A DNA stretch of 64,000 nucleotides from Eubacteriales bacterium (lineage in GTDB: Bacteria; Bacillota; Clostridia; Christensenellales; CAG-138), in assembly GCA_035446965.1 (NCBI GenBank), contig DAOTGE010000007.1, positions 1,270 through 65,269 of the forward strand, given 5' to 3'. Positions 8,191 to 16,914 of this stretch are shown here, piece by piece. A model generated the notes under the pieces. It was given only the letters and a program-made list of their open reading frames with translations, was not told the origin of the DNA and ran no database searches. The translations under genes and the position numbers were made by a program. The first letter of the stretch is position 1, and each line of letters opens with the position of its first letter.

Positions 8191-9180
8191 ATGACGAATC
8201 CGCGTGCAAGACTTCTGCTGGTTAAAGCGTTTCTGGAGGAGCGTACGGACGAACTGCATCCCGCCGCCGTGCCGGAACTGATTGCGTATCTGGAGCGCAG
8301 GGGGATGGCGGCCGACCGACGCGCGGTCTACCGGGACCTTGCGCTGCTGCGCGAAAGCGGCATGCAGATTGCGGTGCGCCGCGGGCGGGGCGGGGGCTTT
8401 TTTCTGAAAGAGCGGCTCTTTGAGTCCGCCGAACTGCGGCTGCTGGCCGACATGGTGCGGCGGAGCCGCATCCTGACGCAGGCGAGGACGGATGCGATAC
8501 TGAACAAACTGGGGTCTCTGACCAGCGGGTCCGCGGCGGCGGCGCTGACGGCGAAAAACCGCGCCTTTAGGAAGCGAAAAGCGAACAGCGAGGATGTGCT
8601 TGTCAACGTCGGACGCATATTCGAGGCGCTGGAGAGCGGCAGACAGCTCTCGTTCGTTTACCGGCAGGGCGGAATGCAGCGCCCGGGCGTATGCCGCGGC
8701 GCACAAACGTATACGGTGAATCCGATGTTGGTGCTCTGTGCGGACGGAATGTATTATCTCGCCGCCGATTGCCCGCTGCAGGAAGGGCTGATGCATTACC
8801 GCGCGGACCGCATGCAAAAGGTGCGCGTGCTGGCGGAGCCGTCCGCCGCGGCCGCCCCTGCGGCGAACCCGGAGGCATACGAGCGGTCCGTTTTTTCGGC
8901 GGAGCAGGGCGAGCGCAGATGGGTCCGCCTTGCGTTTGAAAAAACACTGCTCGATGAAATGAAAGACCGCTTCGGCGCGGATGCGCCGCTGGCCGAAATC
9001 GACGAAAAAACCGGTTCGGTCTGCGCGGGCGTTTGCGTTTCCCCGGCGTTCTTCGGCTGGGTGTTTCAGTTCGACGGCCGGGTGCGCATCCTTGCGCCGG
9101 ACGACGTGCGCGAGACGATGTCGCTGATGGCCGAAAACTGCAGACAGCTTTGCAGGCATGAAGCGGTCCGCGAAAGATAA
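8191..9180 (+). CDS. HTH plus WYL domain transcriptional regulator
   Basis: N-terminal HTH (RRAVYRDLALLRESGMQI) and a central/C-terminal WYL-like region. ATG at 8191 has better RBS spacing than the GTG at 8185. Confidence 0.7.
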   Translation: MTNPRARLLLVKAFLEERTDELHPAAVPELIAYLERRGMAADRRAVYRDLALLRESGMQIAVRRGRGGGFFLKERLFESAELRLLADMVRRSRILTQARTDAILNKLGSLTSGSAAAALTAKNRAFRKRKANSEDVLVNVGRIFEALESGRQLSFVYRQGGMQRPGVCRGAQTYTVNPMLVLCADGMYYLAADCPLQEGLMHYRADRMQKVRVLAEPSAAAAPAANPEAYERSVFSAEQGERRWVRLAFEKTLLDEMKDRFGADAPLAEIDEKTGSVCAGVCVSPAFFGWVFQFDGRVRILAPDDVRETMSLMAENCRQLCRHEAVRER

Positions 9181-9195
9181 CGAGGAGAAAAGGAA

Positions 9196-9660
9196 TTGTT
9201 TCATATTGTTTTGGTGGAGCCGGAAATCCCGCAGAACACGGGCAACATTGCACGCACGTGTGCGGTGACCGGGGCCGTGCTGCATCTGGTGCGTCCGCTG
9301 GGCTTTTCGGTGGACGAAAAGCAGCTTAAACGCGCCGGACTGGACTACTGGGACAAGCTGGACGTCCGCTATTACGACAGCTTCGAGGAAGTGGAGCGCA
9401 CTTATCCTGCCGCGCGCTTTTTCCTTCTGTCCACGCATGCAAAAAAGTGCTATGCCGACGCACGGTATCAGGACGGGGATTTTCTGGTGTTCGGCAAGGA
9501 GACGGCGGGGCTTGGGCCGGAACTTCTGCGGCGGCGCAGCGCCGACGCGGTCCGCATCCCGATGCGCAGCGGCCTCCGCTCGCTCAACCTCAGCAACGCC
9601 GTTGCGCTGGTGCTCTATGAGGCGCTGCGCCAGACCGGATTTGACGGTCTTGCGTTCTGA
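9196..9660 (+). CDS. trmL: tRNA (cytidine/uridine-2'-O-)-methyltransferase TrmL (SpoU family)
   Basis: 154 aa. Motifs HIVLVEPEIPQNTGNIARTC, FGKETAGL and SLNLSNAVALVLYEA (trefoil knot). Confidence 0.85.
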   Translation: MFHIVLVEPEIPQNTGNIARTCAVTGAVLHLVRPLGFSVDEKQLKRAGLDYWDKLDVRYYDSFEEVERTYPAARFFLLSTHAKKCYADARYQDGDFLVFGKETAGLGPELLRRRSADAVRIPMRSGLRSLNLSNAVALVLYEALRQTGFDGLAF

Positions 9661-9715
9661 TGCGGCGTATTGGGCGGAAAACGTGAAAAAACGCGCGTTT
9701 GCGGGAAAATAACGC

Positions 9716-9744
9716 TTGCATACCCTCCGGGCGCGTGGTAATAT
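9716..9744 (+). promoter_or_regulatory. sigma-A type promoter for rpmB
   Basis: TTGCAT, 17 nt, TAATAT, with an upstream TG (TGgTAATAT). Confidence 0.65.
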
Positions 9745-9783
9745 AGTTCTGTTCGATTTTTAACAAGGAGGTGGACTACTCGC

Positions 9784-9975
9784 ATGGGAAAATATTGTGA
9801 AGTCTGCAACAAGGGTGTCATGTCCGGCAATCTGGTCAGCCACTCCCACCGCAAGACCAAGCGTGGCTGGGCGCCGAACATCCAAAGCGTGCACGTTGTC
9901 GTCGACGGCAAGCCGACTAAAATGAACGTTTGCACGCGGTGCCTCCGTTCCGGCAAGGTAACCCGCAGCAAGTAA
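9784..9975 (+). CDS. rpmB: 50S ribosomal protein L28
   Basis: 63 aa, MGKYCEVCNKGVMSGNLVSHSHRKTKRGWAPNIQ.... RBS is AGGAGG. Confidence 0.95.
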   Translation: MGKYCEVCNKGVMSGNLVSHSHRKTKRGWAPNIQSVHVVVDGKPTKMNVCTRCLRSGKVTRSK

Positions 9976-9998
9976 TGCAGCGCATCGATTTGTTTTGA

Positions 9999-10031
9999 AA
10001 ACGCCGTGTGAAGATTCGCACGGCGTTTTTC
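9999..10031 (+). terminator. intrinsic terminator after rpmB
   Basis: acgccgtg...cacggcgt stem followed by TTTT. Confidence 0.8.
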
Positions 10032-10054
10032 GTATGCCGGCGGGTCCTCGCAGG

Positions 10055-10083
10055 TTGCCAAGAACAGGACGAGTCGATATAAT
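10055..10083 (+). promoter_or_regulatory. sigma-A type promoter for the membrane glycosyltransferase gene
   Basis: TTGCCA, 17 nt, TATAAT. Confidence 0.65.
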
Positions 10084-10135
10084 AATATGGAATTCGCCGG
10101 AGTGACGGCGCGTGTTTTGAATGGAGGGAACGTTT

Positions 10136-11647
10136 ATGGAGTTTGGGACGGTCCGCCGGAAAAAGCGGTGGGTGTTTCCGCTGTGTCTCGGCCTTTCCGC
10201 GCTGTTTCTTTTGATCTGTACGAAATCTTCTTTTTTTTATCCACTCAACGACTGGGTGGACGTCGACATCTATTTTACCATCGGCAAGGGTATGATGCAC
10301 GGCCATGTGCCGTATACCGACCTTTACGACCAGAAGGGCCCGACGGCGTTTCTGCTCTACGGGCTGGCCTCGCTCGTTTCCGGCGAGTCGTTTTTGGGCG
10401 TGTATCTGCTTGAGACCATTTCGTTCGCGTTTTTCCTGTTTGCAATTTACAAGATCGCTTCGCTGTACGTTAAAGACGGCGCGCTGATTATCCTGCCCGT
10501 CGTTTCTGCGGCCGTGCTCGGCAGTTTGAGTTTTTCACACGGCGGCAGCTTTGAAGAACTCATGATGCCGTTTTTTGCCTGGTCGCTCTACGATTCGCTT
10601 CGATATTTTAAGGAAATTTATCCAAAGCGCGTGCCGCTTTCCATGATTGCACGCAGCGCGTTCTTTGCCGGGCTGATGCTTTTCGGCAAGTTCGTCCTGC
10701 TTGCGTTTTACATTGCTTGGATGGGCGTGATTGCGATTGCGCAGTTCCCTGCAAAACACTGGAAACGCGCGATTTCGGCGAGTCTCCTGTTTCTGGCCGT
10801 CATGTTTGCCGTCGGGATTCCCTGGGTGATCTATTTCTCTGCAAACGGCTCACTGGGCGATTTCTGGAACTACTATTTCTATCAGAATATCTTTGGCTAT
10901 TCCTATCTGGACTCGCCGCTGATCGTTACCATGCCGGTTGCGATCATAAAGAGCGTCGGCGCGTTTTCGTTTCGCAATCCGCAGATCGCGCTGTTTATCG
11001 CGCTCGGGCTCTTCTGGCTGACCTTCAGCAAGCGGGACAAAACGAAAACGGTCGAAAAGATCAATTACTGGCTGCTTGCCGCGTTCCTTGCGGCGGGCAT
11101 CTACTGCGGCGGTCAGGGATACCGCTACTACGGGCTGGTGCTCACACCGTTTATGGCGCTTGGGTTCGTCCCGCTGCTCCGCCTCTGGAACGAGCGCGTT
11201 GCGCCGAAACTGCGGCGGCGCGCGCCGAAAGCCGCTTTGTATGCGGGGCTTTGCGTCGTGACGTTTGCGCTCGCGCTGCTGACGACGGACAATCGCTATA
11301 TGCTTTTTACAAAGAAGGAAGACACGCCGCAGTACCGTTTTGCCGAAACGATGGCAAAAGTCGATTCGCAGAGCGCCGATTCGCTGTTTTGCTATGGGTT
11401 CCCGGATTCCGGGTTCTATTTGGCCGCGGACGTGATTCCGCAGTATCAGTTTTTTGCAACGTCGAACGCGGCGAAGGAAGAAGTAGCGGCGGCGCAGGAA
11501 AGCTATGTGAGCCAAAAACTCCCGGCGTTTATCGTAACGCGGAACAAGGAACTGACACAGAGCGGATACGAATTGATCGATTCGGCGGAATTCCGGTACG
11601 AGGAGTCCGTGCGCACCTACCGGCTGTATGTACGCACCGCGGAATAA
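10136..11647 (+). CDS. polytopic membrane glycosyltransferase (GT39/GT83 ArnT/PMT-like fold)
   Basis: About 12 predicted TM helices. The N-terminal loop has D..D..Y and YTDLYDQKGP, typical of lipid-linked sugar transferases. Start at the second ATG, after GGAGGG. Confidence 0.6.
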   Translation: MEFGTVRRKKRWVFPLCLGLSALFLLICTKSSFFYPLNDWVDVDIYFTIGKGMMHGHVPYTDLYDQKGPTAFLLYGLASLVSGESFLGVYLLETISFAFFLFAIYKIASLYVKDGALIILPVVSAAVLGSLSFSHGGSFEELMMPFFAWSLYDSLRYFKEIYPKRVPLSMIARSAFFAGLMLFGKFVLLAFYIAWMGVIAIAQFPAKHWKRAISASLLFLAVMFAVGIPWVIYFSANGSLGDFWNYYFYQNIFGYSYLDSPLIVTMPVAIIKSVGAFSFRNPQIALFIALGLFWLTFSKRDKTKTVEKINYWLLAAFLAAGIYCGGQGYRYYGLVLTPFMALGFVPLLRLWNERVAPKLRRRAPKAALYAGLCVVTFALALLTTDNRYMLFTKKEDTPQYRFAETMAKVDSQSADSLFCYGFPDSGFYLAADVIPQYQFFATSNAAKEEVAAAQESYVSQKLPAFIVTRNKELTQSGYELIDSAEFRYEESVRTYRLYVRTAE

Positions 11648-11743
11648 ACCGTGCCGGAGGCTTGATTTAAACTGGTCCGGCGAAAGGCGCCGAACGGACG
11701 AAAACGGAGGGAAACGGTTCCCGAAGGAAAGGTAGATTGGTCT

Positions 11744-14257
11744 ATGCGATTGAAACCGCGTGCGCTGACGCTGCTGCTTGCGCTGTTTTTGTTTTTCACG
11801 GCGCTCCCTGCCGCGTCGCGTGCGGAAGAAGGGGAAACGGCGGCGGATTTGACGGCGGCGTGCGTTTTCACGCTGCCGGAAGCGGACGCGGACAAAGAAT
11901 ACCGGCTGACGGACGGATATGTGGAGAGTTATCTCGTGATTCCGGACGAAGAGACGTTGGAAATCGCCCTGCCGGCGGGAGAAACCGTGCAGGGGATCTA
12001 TCTGGAATGGTACACGCTGTCCAAAGCGTACACGATTGAGCAATACGGCGCTTCCGGAGAACTGATCGGCAGCATTGCGCGGCAGGACTTTGTCAACTGT
12101 TATTATCCGCTGGACGCATCCGCCGCGACGGTTAAAATTGTTTGCGATTCGGAAGCGGCGCTTTCCTCCGTCACCGTGTACGGGGAAGGGACGCTGCCGG
12201 ACGGCGTTGAGCAATGGGAACCGACGCTTTCGGAGGCCGACCTGCTCTTTGTTGCGTCCACGCCGGAAGCGGCGGTCACGGACTTTTACGCGCTTCTTGC
12301 GCTTTATACGGTTGAACATCAGGTTCCGACGGTGCTCACGGTGATTGAGCGCGAGAGCCGGACGGAGCAGGGGGAACTGCTCGCCGGACTTTGGCGGATG
12401 GGGATCAGGACCTATCCTGTATTCGGCGATTTTTACTGCGTCAACAACGAGGCGTATAAGCGCGTGCGTTCTTCCTGGGGCGTCGGCGCGACGGATTCGT
12501 TCGTGGAGGACGAGCTTTCCGCTTACGGCGAGAAAATTATCATAACGCACGAACCGGAGGAAATGGCTTTCGACGGCGCGTCGCAGTTCACCGCGGAAGT
12601 CGTGCTGGACGTGGTGGACGACGGGGACGATTTTGAAGCCCTGCAAAAGGTTTACTGCGTGTCCTCGGAAGACGGTACACAGCCGGACTTTTCGCAGGCG
12701 TTGATTGCGTTTGACGGCATGAGCGTGCTGGAAGCGGCGAACGACGCATATTTGGAAAATGCGGACATGCGGCGCTTCCACAAAACGCTGGTTCCATCCT
12801 CCGTATTCCAACTGGCCTACACGACGGTGGGCGAGGATGCGGCCGGAGACGATCTGCTTGAAAATATCGACACAGCGTCGCTGGCGGGTTATATCGACCC
12901 GACGCCGTCGCCCACGCCCACGCTGGAACCGACGGCAACGCCCGAACCTACGCCGACGCCGGAACCGACCGCAACGCCGCAGCCGACGCTGTCCGCGGCG
13001 GATCTCGATTCCGCCGCGGACGAAATCGAGATGTATATGGTGCTCGGCATGTTTGTTGCGCTGCTGCTGGGTATCGGAGGGAGCCTTTGGATCGTCGCCG
13101 CGTCGTACCGGTATATGAACGCCCGGTATGGTGCGGGGCGGGCGCTGATTACGGCGCTGCTGCCGATTCTGACGGCCGTGCTGCTTGTGGCCGTTTTCTA
13201 CTTCGCGGTGCGGCCAGTCCTCATAAAATCGATTGCCGAGCAGGCGTTTGCCGAGCGGATAGCCGCAATAACGCCGGAGCCGACCGCGTCGCCGACCCCG
13301 GAACCGACCGCGACACCCGAACCCACGCCGGAAGCGACGGAAGATGAGACCGAGACGGCGGAAGCGGGCGGCGTGGACGACGACCAATATTATCGTTCGG
13401 CGGACGACCCGGAGGAAGTGATCCTCGTTGATACGGACGCGGGACACTGGGAATACCGCACGGACACGCTTTCCATCATCATCGACCGGTATACCGTGGA
13501 AGAACCGAAACTGAACTGCTACTTTGTCGCGCACATCCGCATGCGCGACGAAAACGGCTTCCGCACCGTGCAGGCGGCGGAGAACCGCAACGGCATGGGC
13601 GCGGTGCGCCCGTGGATTCTTGCGCGTGAGACGAAGTCCGTGCTGCTTATTACGGGCGATAACCTGATTGAGAGCGACGCGGGATATAAGGGAATCCTGA
13701 TCCGGGACGGAATCGTGTTTCAGTATACTTCCGCGTTCGGCTGTATGGCGATGTACCCGGACATGACCATGCGCCTGTTCGAAAAGAAGACCGTCAGCGT
13801 GGACGATCTGCTCGAAGACGGCGTGCGGGACGTTTTCTCGTTCGGTCCGGTGCTGGTGCAGGACGGCGTTGTCAACGAGGCTTCCGGCGAACATCGCCTG
13901 AGCCGCAGAAACAATCCGCGCACCGGAATCGGCATGGTCGAACCCGGACATTTTGTGGCGATCGTCGTGGACGGCCGCCAGTCGGATTACAGCGTCGGCA
14001 TGCTGCTCCCGGAATTTGCCGAGCTGTTTGTAGACGAGGGCTGCAGCGTTGCATACAACCTCGACGGCGGCGTTTCCGCCTGCATGGTGTTTATGGGCGA
14101 ACAGCTCAACCGGCACGGCAACAAACGCGTCGGAACCTATCAGGATACATATCAGCGGCGCGTGCCGGACGGCCTCGTCTGGGGCTACTCAGATCAGGTG
14201 CCGTCCGAGGACGATCCCGTTTATAACACGGGTACGAGCGAGACCGCAACGCCCTGA
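11744..14257 (+). CDS. secreted/membrane protein with a C-terminal phosphodiester glycosidase (DUF2233/NAGPA-like) domain
   Basis: Signal peptide (LLLALFLFFTALPAASRA), N-terminal domain, PT-rich linker, two TM helices, second PT-rich linker, then the C-terminal domain ending ...RTGIGMVEPGHFVAIVVDGRQ...AYNLDGGVSA. Confidence 0.65.
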   Translation: MRLKPRALTLLLALFLFFTALPAASRAEEGETAADLTAACVFTLPEADADKEYRLTDGYVESYLVIPDEETLEIALPAGETVQGIYLEWYTLSKAYTIEQYGASGELIGSIARQDFVNCYYPLDASAATVKIVCDSEAALSSVTVYGEGTLPDGVEQWEPTLSEADLLFVASTPEAAVTDFYALLALYTVEHQVPTVLTVIERESRTEQGELLAGLWRMGIRTYPVFGDFYCVNNEAYKRVRSSWGVGATDSFVEDELSAYGEKIIITHEPEEMAFDGASQFTAEVVLDVVDDGDDFEALQKVYCVSSEDGTQPDFSQALIAFDGMSVLEAANDAYLENADMRRFHKTLVPSSVFQLAYTTVGEDAAGDDLLENIDTASLAGYIDPTPSPTPTLEPTATPEPTPTPEPTATPQPTLSAADLDSAADEIEMYMVLGMFVALLLGIGGSLWIVAASYRYMNARYGAGRALITALLPILTAVLLVAVFYFAVRPVLIKSIAEQAFAERIAAITPEPTASPTPEPTATPEPTPEATEDETETAEAGGVDDDQYYRSADDPEEVILVDTDAGHWEYRTDTLSIIIDRYTVEEPKLNCYFVAHIRMRDENGFRTVQAAENRNGMGAVRPWILARETKSVLLITGDNLIESDAGYKGILIRDGIVFQYTSAFGCMAMYPDMTMRLFEKKTVSVDDLLEDGVRDVFSFGPVLVQDGVVNEASGEHRLSRRNNPRTGIGMVEPGHFVAIVVDGRQSDYSVGMLLPEFAELFVDEGCSVAYNLDGGVSACMVFMGEQLNRHGNKRVGTYQDTYQRRVPDGLVWGYSDQVPSEDDPVYNTGTSETATP
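12899..12988 (+). repeat. Pro/Thr-rich linker-coding tandem repeat 1
   Basis: Encodes PTPSPTPTLEPTATPEPTPTPEPTATPQPT. Reiterated gaaccgac[cg]gc[ag]acgcc units. Confidence 0.8.
13271..13339 (+). repeat. Pro/Thr-rich linker-coding tandem repeat 2
   Basis: Encodes TPEPTASPTPEPTATPEPTPEAT, the same unit as 12899-12988. Confidence 0.8.
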
Positions 14258-14465
14258 GAGCGTTGCGGCTTGCCCGCCCGCGAATGCAGGAAGGCAGAAA
14301 GTTTATTCCTGCATGTGGCGAAGGCTTTGCGGACATTTCTGGGAGGGTGGCTTGAACTGCGCCCGGCACTTCAGACCTGCGCCGGACTTACCGGCGTAAT
14401 AAGGCGGTAAAACGATTTCAGACTCCTATTATAATGGCGGCACTGCAAAAGGTGATTTCCAGACA

Positions 14466-14497
14466 ACAAAAAAGAAAGCGGAGCTGAAGCTCCGCTT
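14466..14497 (-). terminator. intrinsic terminator of the repeat-protein gene
   Basis: Minus strand reads agcggagc-ttca-gctccgct followed by TTCTTTTTTGTT. Confidence 0.75.
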
Positions 14498-14510
14498 TGC
14501 GATCATTTTC

Positions 14511-16598
14511 TTACCGGTAATTCCTGCGGCGCCTGCGCCCGCCGGCGCGGAACTGCAGCATAAGCAGCACGACGGCAAACAGCAGCACGATCCCGCCGCA
14601 GATGTAGACCCAGGCGTACGTGCCGGTGGAAACCGGTTCGAGCAGCGTCTGCGAGGCGGTGGACTCAAAAGGCTTCACACTGCCGGTGTACTGCACAGAG
14701 GTTTGCAGATAATTGTCGTCCGCGGCACGGCTGACTTTCAGCGAATAATCCTCGTTTTCGCGTGCGGTCACCGTCACCGTGTATGTGCCCAGCGCAGAGG
14801 CGTTGGCGGGCTCAATCTTGCAGCCGGCGGTTTCGACGCTGATTGCGCCGCTTCCGCTGCCGCCCGAAAGGTTGATTTCAAACGAATCGCCGGAGAAGAC
14901 GTTTTCGCTCCATCCGGACACGAGCAGAGCCGCCTGGTTTGCACCGGCGGTCGTGCCGGAAACCGTTTGTTCCGCCGCCGCTTCATAGCTTGCGTCGCCC
15001 GCTTTGGCGACGGTGAGGGAATATCCGGTTTTTGCAAACGAGTAGACGGAGACGACATACACGTTCGTTTCGCCGGACTTCAGGCGCGCGGTGCAGCCTT
15101 CGTCCGTTGTAACGGAGATTGCGCCGTTGCCGCTGCCGCCCGCCACGGTGATTTCAAACGAGCTCCCCGCGGGCGCACAGTCGATCCAGTCTTCCACATG
15201 CAGTGCACTCTGAACGCCTTTGCAGGACTGCCCGTGATAGGTGCGCGTGCTGGAAGACTCATAGCTCTCGGTCCCGTCCATCACGGCGCTGAGCGAATAC
15301 CCTTCTGCAGATGTGACGGTTACGGTATAGTTGGTTTCATTTGTACCGGTCGCAGGCGAAACGGTGCAGCCGCTGGCCAGAAAACTGATTGCCGCGCCGC
15401 CGACCCCGCCGCTGATGCGGATCGGGAACGAATCGTTGCAGCTTCTGCTTTCGCTCCAGCCGGAAACCGCAAGCGAAGGCGCGCTCGCCTTGCAGGAAAC
15501 GCCGCTGACCGACGCGCTTTCGGAGAAATAACCATAGTTGCCTGCGCGGCTCGCGGTAACGGCATACGGCCCGACCGTGCCGACGCAGACTTCATATTCG
15601 TTGCCGGACACGTTTTCCACGGTGCAGCCGATGGCTTCCAAAACCAGCGATTCGCTCGTGGTCCCGCCATAGATGCTCACGCTGAACGTTTCGTTGCAGC
15701 AGGCGGTGTCCTGCCAGCCGTCGATGTGAATCGGCGCCTGCGCGGATTTGCTGGAGCATCCGCTCATCGTTGCGGAATATCCGGTGCTGTAGTTGCGGTC
15801 CCCGTCCATCAGCGCTGTAAGCTCATAGCTGCCGACGCGCGTGACCGTCACCTCGAAGACGGTGTTCGCATTGCCGGTTTCGGGTGTAACGGTGCAGCCG
15901 TCCGTCTGGAAGGTAATTGCGCCGCCGGTGCTCCCGCCGGAAACCGCAATGCTGAAAGAGCCGTAATAATCCTGCGCGCCGCCCCAGCCGCTGACGTTCA
16001 GCGGGACCTGGTCCGCTTTTCCGGCTACGCCGTTACGGGTGTCGCAAATAGCGTCGGACGTTTCGCCGTCCGTCACGGCGGTCAATGAATAAGCGCCCGC
16101 TCCGGTCACGGTGACGGTATAGGTGCCGTCGGCGGAACCGGTCTGCGGGAAGACGGTGCAGTTGCTGGAAATAAAGCGGACGGACTGGTCTTCTTCGATA
16201 CCATGCAGGGTAACATCAAAACTTTCGCCGCAGTTCTTTGCGCCCTGCCAGGAAACGATGGAGAGAGCGCCGATGTTCTGCAGTGCGCTGTCGGCGCCGC
16301 TTTCGATGAGAGCGTCCTCGGCGGGCTGCAACTGGACGATGCCTTCGGAAACCGGTTCCTCGGCGGGAGCGCTTTGCGCTTCCTCGGCAACGCGGAAGGA
16401 CTGGAGCAGGGTTTTGGTTGCGGCACTGGCCGGCTCCAGGGCGAAAATGGCGACAAAGGAAAGCACGAGTATGCATGCAACCAGCGTGAGCGCTTTCTTG
16501 CGCCGTTTCTGCTTTGCATACCGACTAGACCGGTCGCTTTTCGCGAAACGGTTGGGCTGAACGGTATCATTATTTATGCGTTTACCCGCCTGACCCAT
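14511..16598 (-). CDS. cell-surface protein with six tandem ~90-aa Ig-like repeats, an N-terminal signal anchor and a C-terminal TM plus Arg-rich tail
   Basis: 695 aa. The repeat consensus is xxVSGWxxxxxxxxSFxIxxSGGxGxGAISFxxxGCTVxPxxGxxxxYTVTVTxxGxYSLxAxxxGDxxY. The C-terminus reads YAWVYICGGIVLLFAVVLLMLQFRAGGRRRRRNYR. Confidence 0.7.
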   Translation of the reverse strand: MGQAGKRINNDTVQPNRFAKSDRSSRYAKQKRRKKALTLVACILVLSFVAIFALEPASAATKTLLQSFRVAEEAQSAPAEEPVSEGIVQLQPAEDALIESGADSALQNIGALSIVSWQGAKNCGESFDVTLHGIEEDQSVRFISSNCTVFPQTGSADGTYTVTVTGAGAYSLTAVTDGETSDAICDTRNGVAGKADQVPLNVSGWGGAQDYYGSFSIAVSGGSTGGAITFQTDGCTVTPETGNANTVFEVTVTRVGSYELTALMDGDRNYSTGYSATMSGCSSKSAQAPIHIDGWQDTACCNETFSVSIYGGTTSESLVLEAIGCTVENVSGNEYEVCVGTVGPYAVTASRAGNYGYFSESASVSGVSCKASAPSLAVSGWSESRSCNDSFPIRISGGVGGAAISFLASGCTVSPATGTNETNYTVTVTSAEGYSLSAVMDGTESYESSSTRTYHGQSCKGVQSALHVEDWIDCAPAGSSFEITVAGGSGNGAISVTTDEGCTARLKSGETNVYVVSVYSFAKTGYSLTVAKAGDASYEAAAEQTVSGTTAGANQAALLVSGWSENVFSGDSFEINLSGGSGSGAISVETAGCKIEPANASALGTYTVTVTARENEDYSLKVSRAADDNYLQTSVQYTGSVKPFESTASQTLLEPVSTGTYAWVYICGGIVLLFAVVLLMLQFRAGGRRRRRNYR
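14670..16268 (-). repeat. six tandem coding repeats (~267 nt each) inside the surface-protein CDS
   Basis: Repeat boundaries were read from the translation (units begin ALSIVSWQG, LNVSGWGG, IHIDGWQD, LAVSGWSE, LHVEDWID, LLVSGWSE). Confidence 0.75.
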
Positions 16599-16709
16599 GC
16601 GTCTTCCCCCGGTTATGAATATTCAGCAACATCCTCAAAACATGTGAGGATACGAAGATGAAAAACGTGTAACAGATTCGTTACGGTATATTCATGGAAA
16701 TTTAATATT

Positions 16710-16738
16710 ATACTATCCTTTAAAGTATCTTCTGTCAA
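16710..16738 (-). promoter_or_regulatory. candidate promoter of the surface-protein gene
   Basis: Minus strand reads TTGACA, 17 nt, TAGTAT, in an AT-rich divergent region. Confidence 0.45.
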
Positions 16739-16885
16739 GAGGCAACTATCAAACTCTTGTGTTTTTTCCTATCATACAACACAATTTGTTGGGGTTGTCG
16801 AAAAATGTTTAAAAAAATTTTTTTAGGACGTTTATACGGCGATCTGCATAAAGGAGAGCAATATGCATTACAGGTGGGGAAGCGG

Positions 16886-16914
16886 TTCTGTTTTTTAGTA
16901 AAATTTGGTATAAT
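16886..16914 (+). promoter_or_regulatory. candidate extended -10 promoter of the Moco operon
   Basis: TGgTATAAT at 16906-16914 with a weak -35 (TTCTGT), 90 nt upstream of moeA. Confidence 0.4.

Noticed and set aside
12899-13339. Short direct repeats that might be mistaken for a CRISPR-like or VNTR array
   Set aside because: They are in-frame Pro/Thr linker codons inside a CDS. The units are degenerate, unevenly spaced and separated by TM-helix coding sequence. No repeat-spacer architecture or cas genes are present.
10850-14116. 1088-aa ORF on the minus strand, the longest ORF in this region of the track
   Set aside because: It runs antisense to two well-supported plus-strand genes (the GT39-like gene and the phosphodiester glycosidase gene). 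Its translation is Arg/His/Gln-rich low-complexity sequence with no motifs and no RBS. This is a typical shadow ORF of GC-rich DNA.
14330-14440. Weak resemblance to families B and C (gggtggcttgaactg; ctgcaaaaggtga) in the convergent gap after the glycosidase gene
   Set aside because: Only ~10-nt matches without the flanking hairpins. This is below what I can distinguish from chance by eye.
14511-14670. Possible sortase sorting signal at the C-terminus of the repeat protein
   Set aside because: The hydrophobic helix and Arg tail are present, but the preceding motif is EPVSTG, which does not fit LPXTG or the clostridial [SP]PXTG. I therefore called it a C-terminal anchor only and discussed it as a finding, not a feature.
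16863-16898. 11-codon mini-ORF (MHYRWGSGSVF) with a strong AAAGGAG RBS in the AT-rich region upstream of moeA
   Set aside because: It lies upstream of the best promoter candidate for the operon, and nothing supports it other than the RBS. It could be a chance match in AT-rich DNA. I kept it only as a note.
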